This document shows positions 18,879-28,244 of a stretch of DNA of 36,597 bases, piece by piece. The DNA comes from Gemmatimonadota bacterium (GTDB lineage: Bacteria > Gemmatimonadota > Gemmatimonadetes > JACCXV01). Under the pieces are notes generated by a model. That model made no database searches and was not told the DNA's origin. It saw only the letters and a program-made list of their open reading frames with translations. Location of the stretch: contig JBHENL010000104.1 in the NCBI GenBank assembly GCA_046262075.1, positions 1 to 36,597 on the forward strand, in the 5' to 3' direction. How positions within the stretch are numbered: the first letter of the stretch is position 1; the number at the start of each line of letters is the position of its first letter. The position numbers and the translations under genes were made by a program.

Positions 18879-18906
18879 TTGACTATCCTGCGCTTGCTGA
18901 TATAAT
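18879..18906 (+). promoter_or_regulatory. Near-consensus sigma70 promoter
   Basis: TTGACT-N16-TATAAT with extended -10 TG (TGATATAAT) and an upstream A-tract (TAAAAAC), in otherwise very GC-rich DNA. Confidence 0.8.
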
Positions 18907-18911
18907 GGACG

Positions 18912-19003
18912 CGTGTTTGGGGAGGAGGATGGGGCTTGAGGCCGCCTAGCGGCCTCAAGCCCTCGGGTGGTGAGAAGAGCCGGGCCAGCCGCCCGGCTTT
19001 TTT
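18912..19003 (+). ncRNA. Putative small RNA (~90 nt), family not recognised
   Basis: Lies between the promoter and a U-tract terminator. Purine-rich GGGGAGGAGGAUGG, then a perfect 14-bp stem (18932-18945/18949-18962). No credible CDS. Confidence 0.6.
18975..19003 (+). terminator. Intrinsic terminator (possibly bidirectional with hpnD)
   Basis: AAGAGCCGGGC-CAGCC-GCCCGGC-TTTTTT. Confidence 0.8.
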
Positions 19004-19027
19004 CGTTCCGGCCCCTGCGCGCGACGC

Positions 19028-19945
19028 TCACGGTGCGCCTCCCTCCGAAGCTCCGCGCTGGACGAAGGCACTCATGGCGATCCAGGCCTTGCGCGCACGC
19101 GGCAGCGACGCCCGCTCGACCAGGACTCTCCGGCCCATCCGTTCCATCCGCACGAGCAGCTCGCCGTAGAGCGCGGCGAGGACCCGGGGGCAGTAGCGCT
19201 GGCGCGGCTCGAGCAGCGGCAGCAGCCCGCGACCGCTGGCGAGGAAGCCACGCGCACGCCCCACCTGGAAGGCGAGCAGGGCCTCCAGGTCCTCGAGGCG
19301 CCGCTCGCCCGCGCTGCCCCTCCCATCCTGCCTTGCCGCCTGCAGGAGTTCGGTCTCCTCCACGCCGAAGCGGCGCAGGTCCTCCAGCGGCAGATACAGC
19401 CGGTCCCGGCCGGCGTCCTCCCCCACGTCGCGCAGGATGTTGGTGAGCTGCATCCCGATCCCGAGGTCCATGGCTCGGCGGCGAGCGGTGTCGTCGCTCC
19501 GCCCGAAGATCGGCAGGCACAGCAGGCCGACGGCCGAGCCCACCTGGTAACAGTAGCCGCAGAGGTCGTCGAAGGTCTCGTAGCGCCGCGGCGTGAGGTC
19601 GCGCTCCACGCCGGTCAGCACCTCCAGGAAGTCCTCCTGCCGGATGCCATACGCCCGCACCGCGTCCTGCAGGGCCAGGTCGCGAGGGAGCGACGGCTTA
19701 CCGAGGAAGATCTCCTGCAGGCGCTGCCGCTGCGCGGCGAGCGCCCGGCGGGCCGCATCCGGCGGACGGCCGTCGTCGGCGGCATCGTCGGCCTCGCGAC
19801 AGAACGCGTAGACCGCGTGCAGCGCCCGCCGCGCGCTCGGCGGCTGTCCCACGAAGGCGAACGCGAAGTTGCGCGCGCGCCGCCGCACGACGCGCGCCGC
19901 CTCCTGGTAGCCCTGCTCGACCGCCTCGCGTTGCTCGCTCCTCAT
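19028..19945 (-). CDS. hpnD: Squalene/phytoene synthase family, presqualene diphosphate synthase HpnD-like
   Basis: NFAFAF, YAFCREADDAADD, YCYQVGSAVG, LGIGMQLTNILRDVGED..RDRLYLP; directly follows hpnC with an ATGA overlap. Confidence 0.78.
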   Translation of the reverse strand: MRSEQREAVEQGYQEAARVVRRRARNFAFAFVGQPPSARRALHAVYAFCREADDAADDGRPPDAARRALAAQRQRLQEIFLGKPSLPRDLALQDAVRAYGIRQEDFLEVLTGVERDLTPRRYETFDDLCGYCYQVGSAVGLLCLPIFGRSDDTARRRAMDLGIGMQLTNILRDVGEDAGRDRLYLPLEDLRRFGVEETELLQAARQDGRGSAGERRLEDLEALLAFQVGRARGFLASGRGLLPLLEPRQRYCPRVLAALYGELLVRMERMGRRVLVERASLPRARKAWIAMSAFVQRGASEGGAP

Positions 19946-20880
19946 CGGACGGCGAGGGTCAGCGCTTCGACGGCGAGATCCAGCAGGCGCCGCCGGCGCG
20001 GGACGCGCACGTCGCTTCGCAGGAGGTCTCCCGCGCGCGCCTCCAGCTCGTCCACGATCGCGCGCCCGCCGCGGAGGAAGAGCCGCAGGACGGCGCGCGG
20101 CGCGGCCGGGAACGCCTCGGGGAGAACCTCCGCCGAGGCGAGCAGCGCGCGCGTGCGGTCCAGCTGGAACGCCAGGAGATCGCGCACGGCTCGGGTGGGG
20201 CGCTCGCGCCGCAGGTCGTCCTCGGCGACGCCGAAGCGCCGCAGGTCCTCGAGCGGGACATAGAGTCGGTCGCGCACCCGCAGGTCCTCGCCCACTCCCT
20301 GCCAGTGGTTCGCGAGCTGCAGCCCGGTGCAGAGCGCGTCGGCCGGGCCCGCCAGGCGCGGGTCACCGGCGCCGAAGAGCGCGAGCACGATGCGACCGAC
20401 GGGGTTCGCCGACAAGGCGCAGGATTCGAGCAGGTCCGCGAGGGTCTCGTACCGCGAACGGAGCTGGTCTCGGCGATTGGCCTCGATCAGGGCGCGGAAC
20501 GGATCGGGCGAGAGGCCGCGCGACCGGATCAACCGCGCCGCGGCTCCAACGGCTGCGGGGACGCCGTCCTCGCGAGCGCCGTCGGCGAGCACGCGGTCGA
20601 GCGCCCGCTCCCAGTGGTCCAGTGCCGCGAGCCGCTCCCCCGGCAGGGCGCTGCCCTCGTCTCCCAGGTCGTCCGTGGCACGCGCGAAGGCGTAGACGGC
20701 CGCGAACGGGTCCCTCAGCTCCGGCGGCACCAGCCGCGAGAGGACGGGAAAGTTCTCGTAGTGCCGCAGGGCCAGCTCGAGCGCACGTGGGAGCGGATCG
20801 GCGCCGGCGACGGGTTCGCGCTCGACGTGGCGGAACGCCGCGGATGCACGCTCCCGGGGGCGACCTGGAGGAGCTCTCAC
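19942..20880 (-). CDS. hpnC: Squalene synthase HpnC (hydroxysqualene synthase)
   Basis: Diagnostic HYENFPV, YAFARATDDLGDE, SANPVGRIVL, LQLANHWQ, DRLYVP. GTG 20880 overlaps the upstream stop. Confidence 0.85.
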   Translation of the reverse strand: MRAPPGRPRERASAAFRHVEREPVAGADPLPRALELALRHYENFPVLSRLVPPELRDPFAAVYAFARATDDLGDEGSALPGERLAALDHWERALDRVLADGAREDGVPAAVGAAARLIRSRGLSPDPFRALIEANRRDQLRSRYETLADLLESCALSANPVGRIVLALFGAGDPRLAGPADALCTGLQLANHWQGVGEDLRVRDRLYVPLEDLRRFGVAEDDLRRERPTRAVRDLLAFQLDRTRALLASAEVLPEAFPAAPRAVLRLFLRGGRAIVDELEARAGDLLRSDVRVPRRRRLLDLAVEALTLAVR

Positions 20881-21722
20881 CGGAGCAGGCTCTCGAGCTC
20901 GTCCACGTGGGCCTCCACGAACGCGCCGTATTCGTTCAGGCGCGGCACGGCCGGAGCCTCCCCGCGCAGCTCGCGCCGGCGATTGGCCTCTCCCAGGCGA
21001 AGGGCGCGCCGCGCCGGGGAGCCCAGATGATAGAGCGTGGCGAGCACGCCCGGCTCGCCTCGCAGGTCGAGCCCGGCGTAGCGCGCGTAGGCCTCCTCGG
21101 CTTCGAGCAGGATGACGGCCGCGTACGACAGCGACCCCTCCGGCTCCAGCACGGCACGCACGATCTGGCTCACCGTGCGTTGCGCCCGTCCCTCCAGACG
21201 CGCCAGACGCGGCTCGTAGAAGAGCGCGTTGCGGAACGAGACCTGGGCCGGCCCGACGCTCCAGAGATAGGGGTTCTTCAGGCGCCCCAGCCCGGGATCC
21301 TCGCCTCGGCGGACCTCGTTCTGGTACGACTCCTCCTGCGCCGCGGCCCAGGTACGCAGCGCGCGCTCCGGGAGCGTGGCGAAGTAGGCGCGAAAGAGGG
21401 CGTCGGCAACGGCGTCGTAGCGGTCGTGCAGCAGGGTGCGCTCGGCGGCGACGATCCCGGCCAGCGCGACGTCGGGGATCCCCAGCCGCTGCGCGGTGCG
21501 GCGGATCAGCGCGCGGTGCTCGCCGATCCAGCTCCGAGCGGAGGCCGACAGCGGCCGCACCGAGGGCGCGGACTGTGCCCCGGTCCCGCGCGCCGGCTGC
21601 GCGACCGGCAGCCGGGCCGCCCTGGGCGCCGGGGGGCCGCTCAGGAGGAGCCACAGCGCCAGCCCACAGAAGGCGGCCGTGGATCCGTCCCGGGAACGCG
21701 TGGCCATGACCTGCCCGGTCAC
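20877..21722 (-). CDS. DUF1402-like exported protein (possible lysozyme/transglycosylase-like fold)
   Basis: Signal-like FCGLALWLLL; IRRTAQRLGI..LAGIVAAE, SVGPAQV, SLSYAAVIL, AGLDLRGEPGVLATLYHLG and NEYGAFV match the recalled DUF1402 pattern. Confidence 0.6.
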   Translation of the reverse strand: MTGQVMATRSRDGSTAAFCGLALWLLLSGPPAPRAARLPVAQPARGTGAQSAPSVRPLSASARSWIGEHRALIRRTAQRLGIPDVALAGIVAAERTLLHDRYDAVADALFRAYFATLPERALRTWAAAQEESYQNEVRRGEDPGLGRLKNPYLWSVGPAQVSFRNALFYEPRLARLEGRAQRTVSQIVRAVLEPEGSLSYAAVILLEAEEAYARYAGLDLRGEPGVLATLYHLGSPARRALRLGEANRRRELRGEAPAVPRLNEYGAFVEAHVDELESLLR

Positions 21723-22615
21723 GCCGCGACGCTGGCCTCACGCCGGCTCGCAAGCGAGCGCAGCACGCCCACGTTCACGGGGTCCATGAGCACGCCGTCG
21801 CGGACCTTCGGGAGCTCGACGACCTTGGGGACGCCGGCCAGCGTGGGGTCACGCAGGAGCAGGCGGAAGGCCTCTCTGCCGAGCTGGCCCTCGCCGATGT
21901 GCGCGTGGCGGTCACAGCGCGAGCCGAGCTCGCGCTTGGAATCGTTCGCGTGCACCAGGTGCAGCCGATCACGGCCGATCGCCGCGTCGAACGCCGCCCA
22001 CGTGCGGCGGTAGGCGGCGGGGGTGCGTAGGTCGTAGCCAGCGACGAAAACGTGGCAGGTGTCCAGGCAGACGCCGAATCGCTCGCGCGGCTCGAGACGG
22101 GAGAGCAGCCCCGCCAGCTCCTCGAAGCGGTGCGCGAGGCCGTCGCCCTGGCCGGCGCCGGTCTCGAGAAGGATGCGGGGCCAGCCCGGGCCGCGCAGCC
22201 GCGCGGCGACGGCGTTCAGCGCCTCGGCCACCCGGAGCAGCGCCTCCGCGGCGGGGCAGCCGGGGAACGCCGCCGGGTGCGTCACGACGCCGTCGAGCCC
22301 CAGTGCCCGCGCGCGGTCCAGCTCGCCCACGAAGGTCGTGAGCGAGCGGCGGAGCAGCTCCGGGTCGCGGTGCCCGAGACGCACCAGGTACGAGTCGTGC
22401 GCGAAGGCGGCGCGGATTCCGGCCGCGCGCCGGGCGGCCCGGAAGGCGCGCGCCTCCCCGGGTGCGAGCGCGCGCGGCGCCCAGCGGCGCGGGCTCGACG
22501 TGAACAGCTGCAACGCGCCGAGCCGCAGCTCGCGCGCGCGCCGCACCCCTTCCACGAGCCCGCCGGCGGTGGAGACGTGCACGCCCAGGAAAGGCTTGTG
22601 GGAGTCGTCTGCCAT
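21719..22615 (-). CDS. nfo: Endonuclease IV
   Basis: LGVHVSTAGG, QLFTSSPRRW, AHDSYL, VTHP, LLETGAGQG, CLDTCHVF, HANDSK..GSRCDRHAHIGEG. Confidence 0.93.
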   Translation of the reverse strand: MADDSHKPFLGVHVSTAGGLVEGVRRARELRLGALQLFTSSPRRWAPRALAPGEARAFRAARRAAGIRAAFAHDSYLVRLGHRDPELLRRSLTTFVGELDRARALGLDGVVTHPAAFPGCPAAEALLRVAEALNAVAARLRGPGWPRILLETGAGQGDGLAHRFEELAGLLSRLEPRERFGVCLDTCHVFVAGYDLRTPAAYRRTWAAFDAAIGRDRLHLVHANDSKRELGSRCDRHAHIGEGQLGREAFRLLLRDPTLAGVPKVVELPKVRDGVLMDPVNVGVLRSLASRREASVAA

Positions 22616-22721
22616 GGCCGGATGGTAAGCCCGGCCCCCGGCGGCCGCCACGAGCACCGCGCGAGGGTCTCGGGCGCCGCCCGCCTCCCACGTGTCGAAG
22701 GCGCCGGATAGATTGCCGGCC

Positions 22722-23942
22722 ATGCGCTTCGCCGAGGCCGTCCTCTCCGCGCTGCAGTCGCTGCGCGCGAACAAGCTCCGCTCGTTCCTCACGCTGCTGG
22801 GCATCATCATCGCGGTCGTCTCGATCATCGCCGTGGTGACGGTGATCCAGGGCCTGAACGCCAAGGTGACCGAGCTGTTCACCGGCCGCGGCGCCGACGT
22901 GTTCGAGATCGACAAGTTCGGCGCGGTCGTGGCCAGCCGCTCCGAGTGGAAGGAGATGCAGCGGCGACCGGACCTGACGCGCCACGACGCCGAGGCCATC
23001 CGGCAGGGAGGCCGGGCGATCCGCTACGTCAGCCCCAAGCTCACCGGCAGCGGATCCGTGACCTACCGCGACCGCACGCTGGAACGAGCGGAGCTGCAGG
23101 GGCTGGGCGAGGAATACGGCTTCCTCTCGGAGTTCGAGATCGCGCGCGGCCGGCACATGACGCCCGCGGAGGTGACGCACCGCGCGGCGGTCGCGGTCGT
23201 GGGCCCTGAGACGGTGGAGGAGCTCTTTCGGGGCGAGGAGCCGCTGGGCAAGCGCATCAAGGTCGGAGCCGTGACGTTCCGGATCGTGGGTGTGGCGGAG
23301 GAACGGGGCTCCGTCTTCGGCGAGAGCCAGGACGCGTTCGTGGCCATTCCCATCGGCGCCTTTCAGAAGATGCACGGGCAGCGCCGGAGCGTCACGCTGG
23401 CGGTGAAGCCGCTCGACCCCGATCTCCTGCCGCAGGCCATCGAGGAGGCGCGGCTCACGCTGCGGATCCGCCATCGCCTTCGGCCCGGCGAGGCCGACGA
23501 CTTCGGGATCGTCACCACCGAGGGCCTCCTGACGCTCTACCACCGGATCACCACGGGCGTCTACTCGGCGCTCGTGGGGCTCGTGGCGATCTCGCTCGTC
23601 GTGGGCGGCATCGTCGTCATGAACATCATGCTCGTGGCCGTGACCGAGCGCACCCGCGAGGTGGGGATCCGCAAGGCGCTGGGGGCGCGCCGGCGCGACA
23701 TCCTGTGGCAGTTCCTGGTCGAGGCCGTGATCCTCTCGGCCGCCGGCGGGCTGATCGGCGTGCTCGGAGGCTTCGGCGTCGCCCTCGCCCTCGCGGCCAG
23801 CACGCCGCTGCCCGCCGCGCTGGAGTGGTGGTCAGTGGCGCTCGGGCTGCTCCTCTCGTCGGCCGTAGGCGTCTTCTTCGGCCTCTGGCCGGCCCTGAAG
23901 GCGGCGCGCCTGAATCCAATCGACGCCCTGCGCTACGAATGA
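22722..23942 (+). CDS. ABC transporter permease, MacB/FtsX family
   Basis: LRANKLRSFLTLLGIII; VGGIVVMNIMLVAVTERTREVGIRKALGARR; AARLNPIDALRYE. Confidence 0.93.
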   Translation: MRFAEAVLSALQSLRANKLRSFLTLLGIIIAVVSIIAVVTVIQGLNAKVTELFTGRGADVFEIDKFGAVVASRSEWKEMQRRPDLTRHDAEAIRQGGRAIRYVSPKLTGSGSVTYRDRTLERAELQGLGEEYGFLSEFEIARGRHMTPAEVTHRAAVAVVGPETVEELFRGEEPLGKRIKVGAVTFRIVGVAEERGSVFGESQDAFVAIPIGAFQKMHGQRRSVTLAVKPLDPDLLPQAIEEARLTLRIRHRLRPGEADDFGIVTTEGLLTLYHRITTGVYSALVGLVAISLVVGGIVVMNIMLVAVTERTREVGIRKALGARRRDILWQFLVEAVILSAAGGLIGVLGGFGVALALAASTPLPAALEWWSVALGLLLSSAVGVFFGLWPALKAARLNPIDALRYE

Positions 23943-25270
23943 CGCCGCCGCGCCGACCTCCGCCCTCGGAAGAGGCCGCCGCACGGGGCGACGGCGTCGC
24001 GCCGGTTGCGCCCCGCGCCGCACGCCTCGACCTCGGGGAGGCGTTCGCGGTCGCCCTGGGGACCCTGCGCGCGAACAAGCTCCGCTCGTTCCTGACGATC
24101 CTCGGCATCGTGATCGGCATCACGACGATCGTGGGCATGACGGCGCTCGTCCGCGGCCTGGACCAGAGTGTCACCGGCTCGATCCAGAGCTTCGGCTCCA
24201 CGAGCCTGTTCCTGCGCAAGTGGGGCGGCCGGATCGTCTCCTCCGAGGAGGAGTTCGAGCGCCTCGAGCGGCGGCCGGACATCACCGAGACCGACGCCGA
24301 GGCGATCCGCAGGCGCATCCCCGCCGTCGCGCGCATGGACCTGATGTACGGCACGGGGCCCGAAGCCAAGACCGCGACGCTGCGCTACCGCGGCAGCACC
24401 GCGCGCGACCTGTTCGTGACCGGCGCCTCGGAGAGCTACCTGGAGCTGAACGACTCCGAGATCGCCAACGGCCGCATGTTCACCGGCGCCGAGGCCCGCG
24501 CGGGACGCCGGCTCGTAGCGATCGGCCAGGACCTGGCCGATCAGCTCTTCCCGCACTTCGACCCCGTGGGCAAGCGGCTCACGATCCGCGACTTCCCGTA
24601 CACGGTCGTCGGCGTGCTGCGGAAGAAGGACCTGCTGCTCTTCGGCATGAGCGAGGACGACCGGGTGATCATCCCCTACCCGGCGTACGCCCGCGACTTC
24701 GCGGAGGAGGACGACACGCTGATGCTCATCCTCCAGCCCGGGAGCCCGGCGCTCTTCACCCGCACGCGCGACGCCGTGATCGCGCTCATGCGGCTGCGCC
24801 ACGGCCTGGCCTACGACGAGGAGAACGACTTCGACCTGCTCGACTCCACCACGTTCCTGGACCTCTGGAGTCAGATCTCCAGTGCCGTGTTCCTGGCCAT
24901 GATCGTGATCTCCTCGATCGGCCTGATGGTGGGCGGGATCGGCGTCATGAACATCATGCTCGTCTCGGTGACCGAGCGGACGCGCGAGATCGGCATCCGC
25001 AAGGCGGTCGGGGCGCGCCGGCGGGACATCCTGCTCCAGTTCCTGGTGGAGGCCGTGATCCTGACGGCGATCGGCGGGCTGGGGGGCGTGGTCCTGGGGA
25101 CGCTCCTCGCCGTGACCGTTGCCGGAGCGACGGGGTTCCCCCTGTCGATCCCGCCCTGGTCCTATGCCCTCGGGGTGGGCTTCTCGTCGACCATCGGCCT
25201 GTTCTTCGGGCTCTATCCCGCCAACAAGGCGGCGCGGCTCGACCCGATCGCAGCGCTGCGCTACGAGTGA
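23939..25270 (+). CDS. ABC transporter permease, MacB/FtsX family (paralog 2)
   Basis: ATGA overlap; LRANKLRSFLTILGIVIG; GGIGVMNIMLVSVTERTREIGIRKAVGARR; AARLDPIAALRYE. Confidence 0.93.
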   Translation: MTPPRRPPPSEEAAARGDGVAPVAPRAARLDLGEAFAVALGTLRANKLRSFLTILGIVIGITTIVGMTALVRGLDQSVTGSIQSFGSTSLFLRKWGGRIVSSEEEFERLERRPDITETDAEAIRRRIPAVARMDLMYGTGPEAKTATLRYRGSTARDLFVTGASESYLELNDSEIANGRMFTGAEARAGRRLVAIGQDLADQLFPHFDPVGKRLTIRDFPYTVVGVLRKKDLLLFGMSEDDRVIIPYPAYARDFAEEDDTLMLILQPGSPALFTRTRDAVIALMRLRHGLAYDEENDFDLLDSTTFLDLWSQISSAVFLAMIVISSIGLMVGGIGVMNIMLVSVTERTREIGIRKAVGARRRDILLQFLVEAVILTAIGGLGGVVLGTLLAVTVAGATGFPLSIPPWSYALGVGFSSTIGLFFGLYPANKAARLDPIAALRYE

Positions 25271-25935
25271 AGCGGCCGCGCGCCGGGGAGAGCTCGGCTG
25301 CGGTGGCGTCGCGCCGCTTCACCCCGGCCGAGCGCCGGCTCGTGACGCGGCTGCGGACGCCGCGCGCCGTACAGGCCTGGCTCCGATCGCTGCCCTACAA
25401 CCGCGAGGACGCCGGCCCCACGCTGCGCACCCTCCGCGGTGTCGTGCGCGAGGGCTCGGCGCACTGTCTCGAGGCCGCGCTCGCGGCGGGCACGATCCTC
25501 GAGCAGCACGGCCATCCGCCGCTCTTCCTCGACCTGGAGTCGCAGGACCGGCTCGACCACGTGCTCTTCCTGTTCCGCTCCGGCGGACGCTGGGGCGCGG
25601 TGGCGAAGTCGCGCGACGCCGGGCTTCACGGGCGCAAGCCCGTGTTCCGCAGCGTGCGCGCCCTGGTGTGGAGCTACACGGACCCGTACGTCGACGGCTC
25701 GGGGAGGATCGTCGGCTACGGGGTCACGCACCTCGACCACCTGGTGCGCGTGGACTGGAGGCTGTCGGAGGGGAACGTCTGGTCGGTCGAGCGGGGGCTG
25801 CTGCGCATGCCGCACCGGCCGCTCACGACCTCGGACGCACGCTACGAGCGCGTCCTGCGCCGCTACCGTGCCTTCCGCGAGCGGCACCCGCGGCGGCAGG
25901 CCACGTACTACCCCGCCCGCGAGCGATGGCTCTAG
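25267..25935 (+). CDS. Conserved hypothetical protein, possible transglutaminase/papain-like Cys-His fold
   Basis: GTGA overlap; LPYN, AHCLEAAL, DHVLFLF, WGAVAKSR..GLHGRKPVFRS..LVWSY. Confidence 0.7.
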   Translation: MKRPRAGESSAAVASRRFTPAERRLVTRLRTPRAVQAWLRSLPYNREDAGPTLRTLRGVVREGSAHCLEAALAAGTILEQHGHPPLFLDLESQDRLDHVLFLFRSGGRWGAVAKSRDAGLHGRKPVFRSVRALVWSYTDPYVDGSGRIVGYGVTHLDHLVRVDWRLSEGNVWSVERGLLRMPHRPLTTSDARYERVLRRYRAFRERHPRRQATYYPARERWL

Positions 25936-27149
25936 ACGGCGCCCTCCAGCAACCCGTGCCTCCGGCCCACCGTCTCGAAGGCGGCGAGCGCGCGGTCGAG
26001 CTCCTCGCGGGAGAGCGCCGCCGACACCTGCACGCGCAGACGGGCCTCGCCCTTGGGCACGACCGGGTAGCCGAAGCCGGAGACGAAGACACCCTCGTCG
26101 AGCAACTCGCTCGACAGCTGGATCGCCAGCGCGGTCTCGCCGACGATGATCGGGATCACGGGATGGACCCCCGTACGGACGGCGAAGCCCAGGCGCGCCA
26201 GCGCGCCGCGCAGGTAGACGGTGTTCTCCCGCAGCCGGCGCAGGAGCGAGGGATCCTCGTCCAGGATCTGGAAGGCGCGCAGCGCCGAGGCGGTGAGCGG
26301 CGGCGGGAGCGCGTTCGAGAAGAGGTAGGGCCGGGATCGCTGCCGCAGGATCTCGACGAGCGGCCCCGGGCCGGCGACGAACCCGCCGGCGGCGCCGCCC
26401 AGAGCCTTGCCGAGCGTGCCCGTCACGACGTCGATCTCGCCGTGGATGCCCAGCTCCTCCGCGGTGCCGCGCCCGCGCGCGCCCAGCACCCCGGTGGCAT
26501 GGCTGTCGTCCACGGCCAGCAGCGCTCCTTGGCGGCGGCAGACGTCGCGCAGCTCGACCAGAGGTGCCAGCTCCCCTTCCATGCTGAAGACGCCATCGGT
26601 GATCACGAGCCGGTGCCGGCTCTCGTCATCGGCGAGCTGCCGGTCCAGGTCGGCGACGTCGTTGTGGCGATAGCGGCGGCGACTCGCCTTGCAGAGCCGG
26701 ATTCCGTCGATGATCGAGGCATGGTTCAGCTCGTCGCTGAAGACGGCGTCGTCTGCGCCGAGGACGGTGGCGAAGAGCGCCTCGTTCGCGTTCCAGCACG
26801 ACGTGTAGAGGATCGCGTCGTCGGTCCCGAAGAACTCCGCGATCGTCCGCTCCAGCTCGCGATGCAGCGTCTGCGTTCCGCAGATGAAGCGCACCGACGC
26901 CATGCCGTGCCCGAAGCCCCGCAGCCCCTCCCTCGCGGCCTCCACGATGCGCGGGTCGTCGGCGAGCCCGAGATAGTTGTTCGAGGTGAGCATCACGACC
27001 GGCCCCGGCCGGCCGGCGATCTCCACCTCGGCGCCTTGCGGACCGGAGAGCAGGACCTCGCGCTTGAGGGTGCGGCTCTCGGCGAGCTCGGCGAGCTCCC
27101 TGGCGAGGGCCTCGAGCAAGCCGCCGGACGACCCCTCGGCCGCCGTCAC
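25932..27149 (-). CDS. kbl: Glycine C-acetyltransferase (2-amino-3-ketobutyrate CoA ligase)
   Basis: SNNYLGLA, GMASVRFICGTQ, SDELNHASIIDGIRLCKA, TDGVFSMEG, DDSHATG, GTLGKALGGAAGG, RQRSRPYLFSN; coupled to tdh. Confidence 0.93.
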   Translation of the reverse strand: MTAAEGSSGGLLEALARELAELAESRTLKREVLLSGPQGAEVEIAGRPGPVVMLTSNNYLGLADDPRIVEAAREGLRGFGHGMASVRFICGTQTLHRELERTIAEFFGTDDAILYTSCWNANEALFATVLGADDAVFSDELNHASIIDGIRLCKASRRRYRHNDVADLDRQLADDESRHRLVITDGVFSMEGELAPLVELRDVCRRQGALLAVDDSHATGVLGARGRGTAEELGIHGEIDVVTGTLGKALGGAAGGFVAGPGPLVEILRQRSRPYLFSNALPPPLTASALRAFQILDEDPSLLRRLRENTVYLRGALARLGFAVRTGVHPVIPIIVGETALAIQLSSELLDEGVFVSGFGYPVVPKGEARLRVQVSAALSREELDRALAAFETVGRRHGLLEGAV

Positions 27150-28240
27150 CAGCTGGCCCGGCCGTCGGGGAAGAAGGCCACCTTCAGCGCCTCGTGGCTG
27201 TCGAAGAGGTTCATGCCTTCGACGAACCGTTCCAGGGACGGGAACTCGCGCGTGACGACGAAGTTCACGTCGAGACCCGAATCCAGGAGTGCGAGCATCC
27301 GCTCCCAGGTCGAGAACAGACGCCGGCCGATGATGGCGTTCAGGGTGACGCCCTTGAAGATCACGTCGTGGGTGTAGTCCTCGATCGCGATCTGCTTGCG
27401 GCTGGGGATCCCCAGCAGCGACATGCGCCCGCCGTGGCGCAGGACCCGCAGCCCGGCATTGATGCCGCCCTCGGCGCCGGACATCTCGAGCACCAGGTCG
27501 ACGCCGCCGTCCGTGCGCTGGAGCACCTCGTCCACGGTCCCCGCCGCGTCCGCTCCGGCCGTCGAGAGCAGGTGCACGTTGGAGACTCCCCGTTCCGCGG
27601 CCCAGGCCCGGGCCTGCTCCAGCGCGCGCGCGCTCACGTCCAGAACGAAGATCTCGGCCGCGGCCAGATGGTCCGCCAGCGCCGCGGCCATGGCGCCGAT
27701 CGGGCCGAAGCCCACGATCGCCACCCGCTCGCCCGAGACGCGCTCGTCCTCGATCGTGTGGACGGCGTTCCCCAGCGCGTCGAGGAAGGCGCCCACCCGC
27801 AGCGGCACGACCGCGGGGTCCAGCTTGATCACGTTCCCCGCCGGCACCTTCACGTACTCCGCGAAGCACCCGTCCGCGTGGAAGCCGAGTATCTTCGTGC
27901 GCACGCAGACGTGCGCGCGGCCCATGCGGCACGGATGACAGGTCCCGCACACGACGTGCATCTCGGCGCTGGCGGCGTCGCCCTGCGCCAGGTCCGCACG
28001 ATCCGCTGACCGCCCCAGCTCGACGATCTCGCCGCAGAACTCGTGGCCGTAGACGCGCGGGGGCTGGACCGTCTTCCGGATGGGAGGATCCCAGTGGTAG
28101 ATGTGGCGATCGGACCCGCAGATCGAGGTCGCGCGCACACGCAGCAGCACCTCGTCGGGCCCGATCTCGGGAACCGGGACGTCCAGCACCGCGGTGCCCG
28201 CCTCCCCCGCCTCCGCGTTCGTCTTCACCACCGCCCGCAT
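27146..28240 (-). CDS. tdh: L-threonine 3-dehydrogenase (Zn-dependent MDR)
   Basis: SICGSDRHIYHWD, GHEFCG, EMHVVCGTCHPCRMGRAHVC, LGNAVHT, GFGPIG, LEMSG, IIGRRLFSTW; adjacent to kbl. Confidence 0.9.
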   Translation of the reverse strand: MRAVVKTNAEAGEAGTAVLDVPVPEIGPDEVLLRVRATSICGSDRHIYHWDPPIRKTVQPPRVYGHEFCGEIVELGRSADRADLAQGDAASAEMHVVCGTCHPCRMGRAHVCVRTKILGFHADGCFAEYVKVPAGNVIKLDPAVVPLRVGAFLDALGNAVHTIEDERVSGERVAIVGFGPIGAMAAALADHLAAAEIFVLDVSARALEQARAWAAERGVSNVHLLSTAGADAAGTVDEVLQRTDGGVDLVLEMSGAEGGINAGLRVLRHGGRMSLLGIPSRKQIAIEDYTHDVIFKGVTLNAIIGRRLFSTWERMLALLDSGLDVNFVVTREFPSLERFVEGMNLFDSHEALKVAFFPDGRASW

Positions 28241-28244
28241 CGTC

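Noticed and set aside
18936-19169. 77-aa TTG ORF downstream of the strong promoter
   Set aside because: The start is buried in a 14-bp stem, and the ORF crosses a U-tract terminator and overlaps hpnD antisense.
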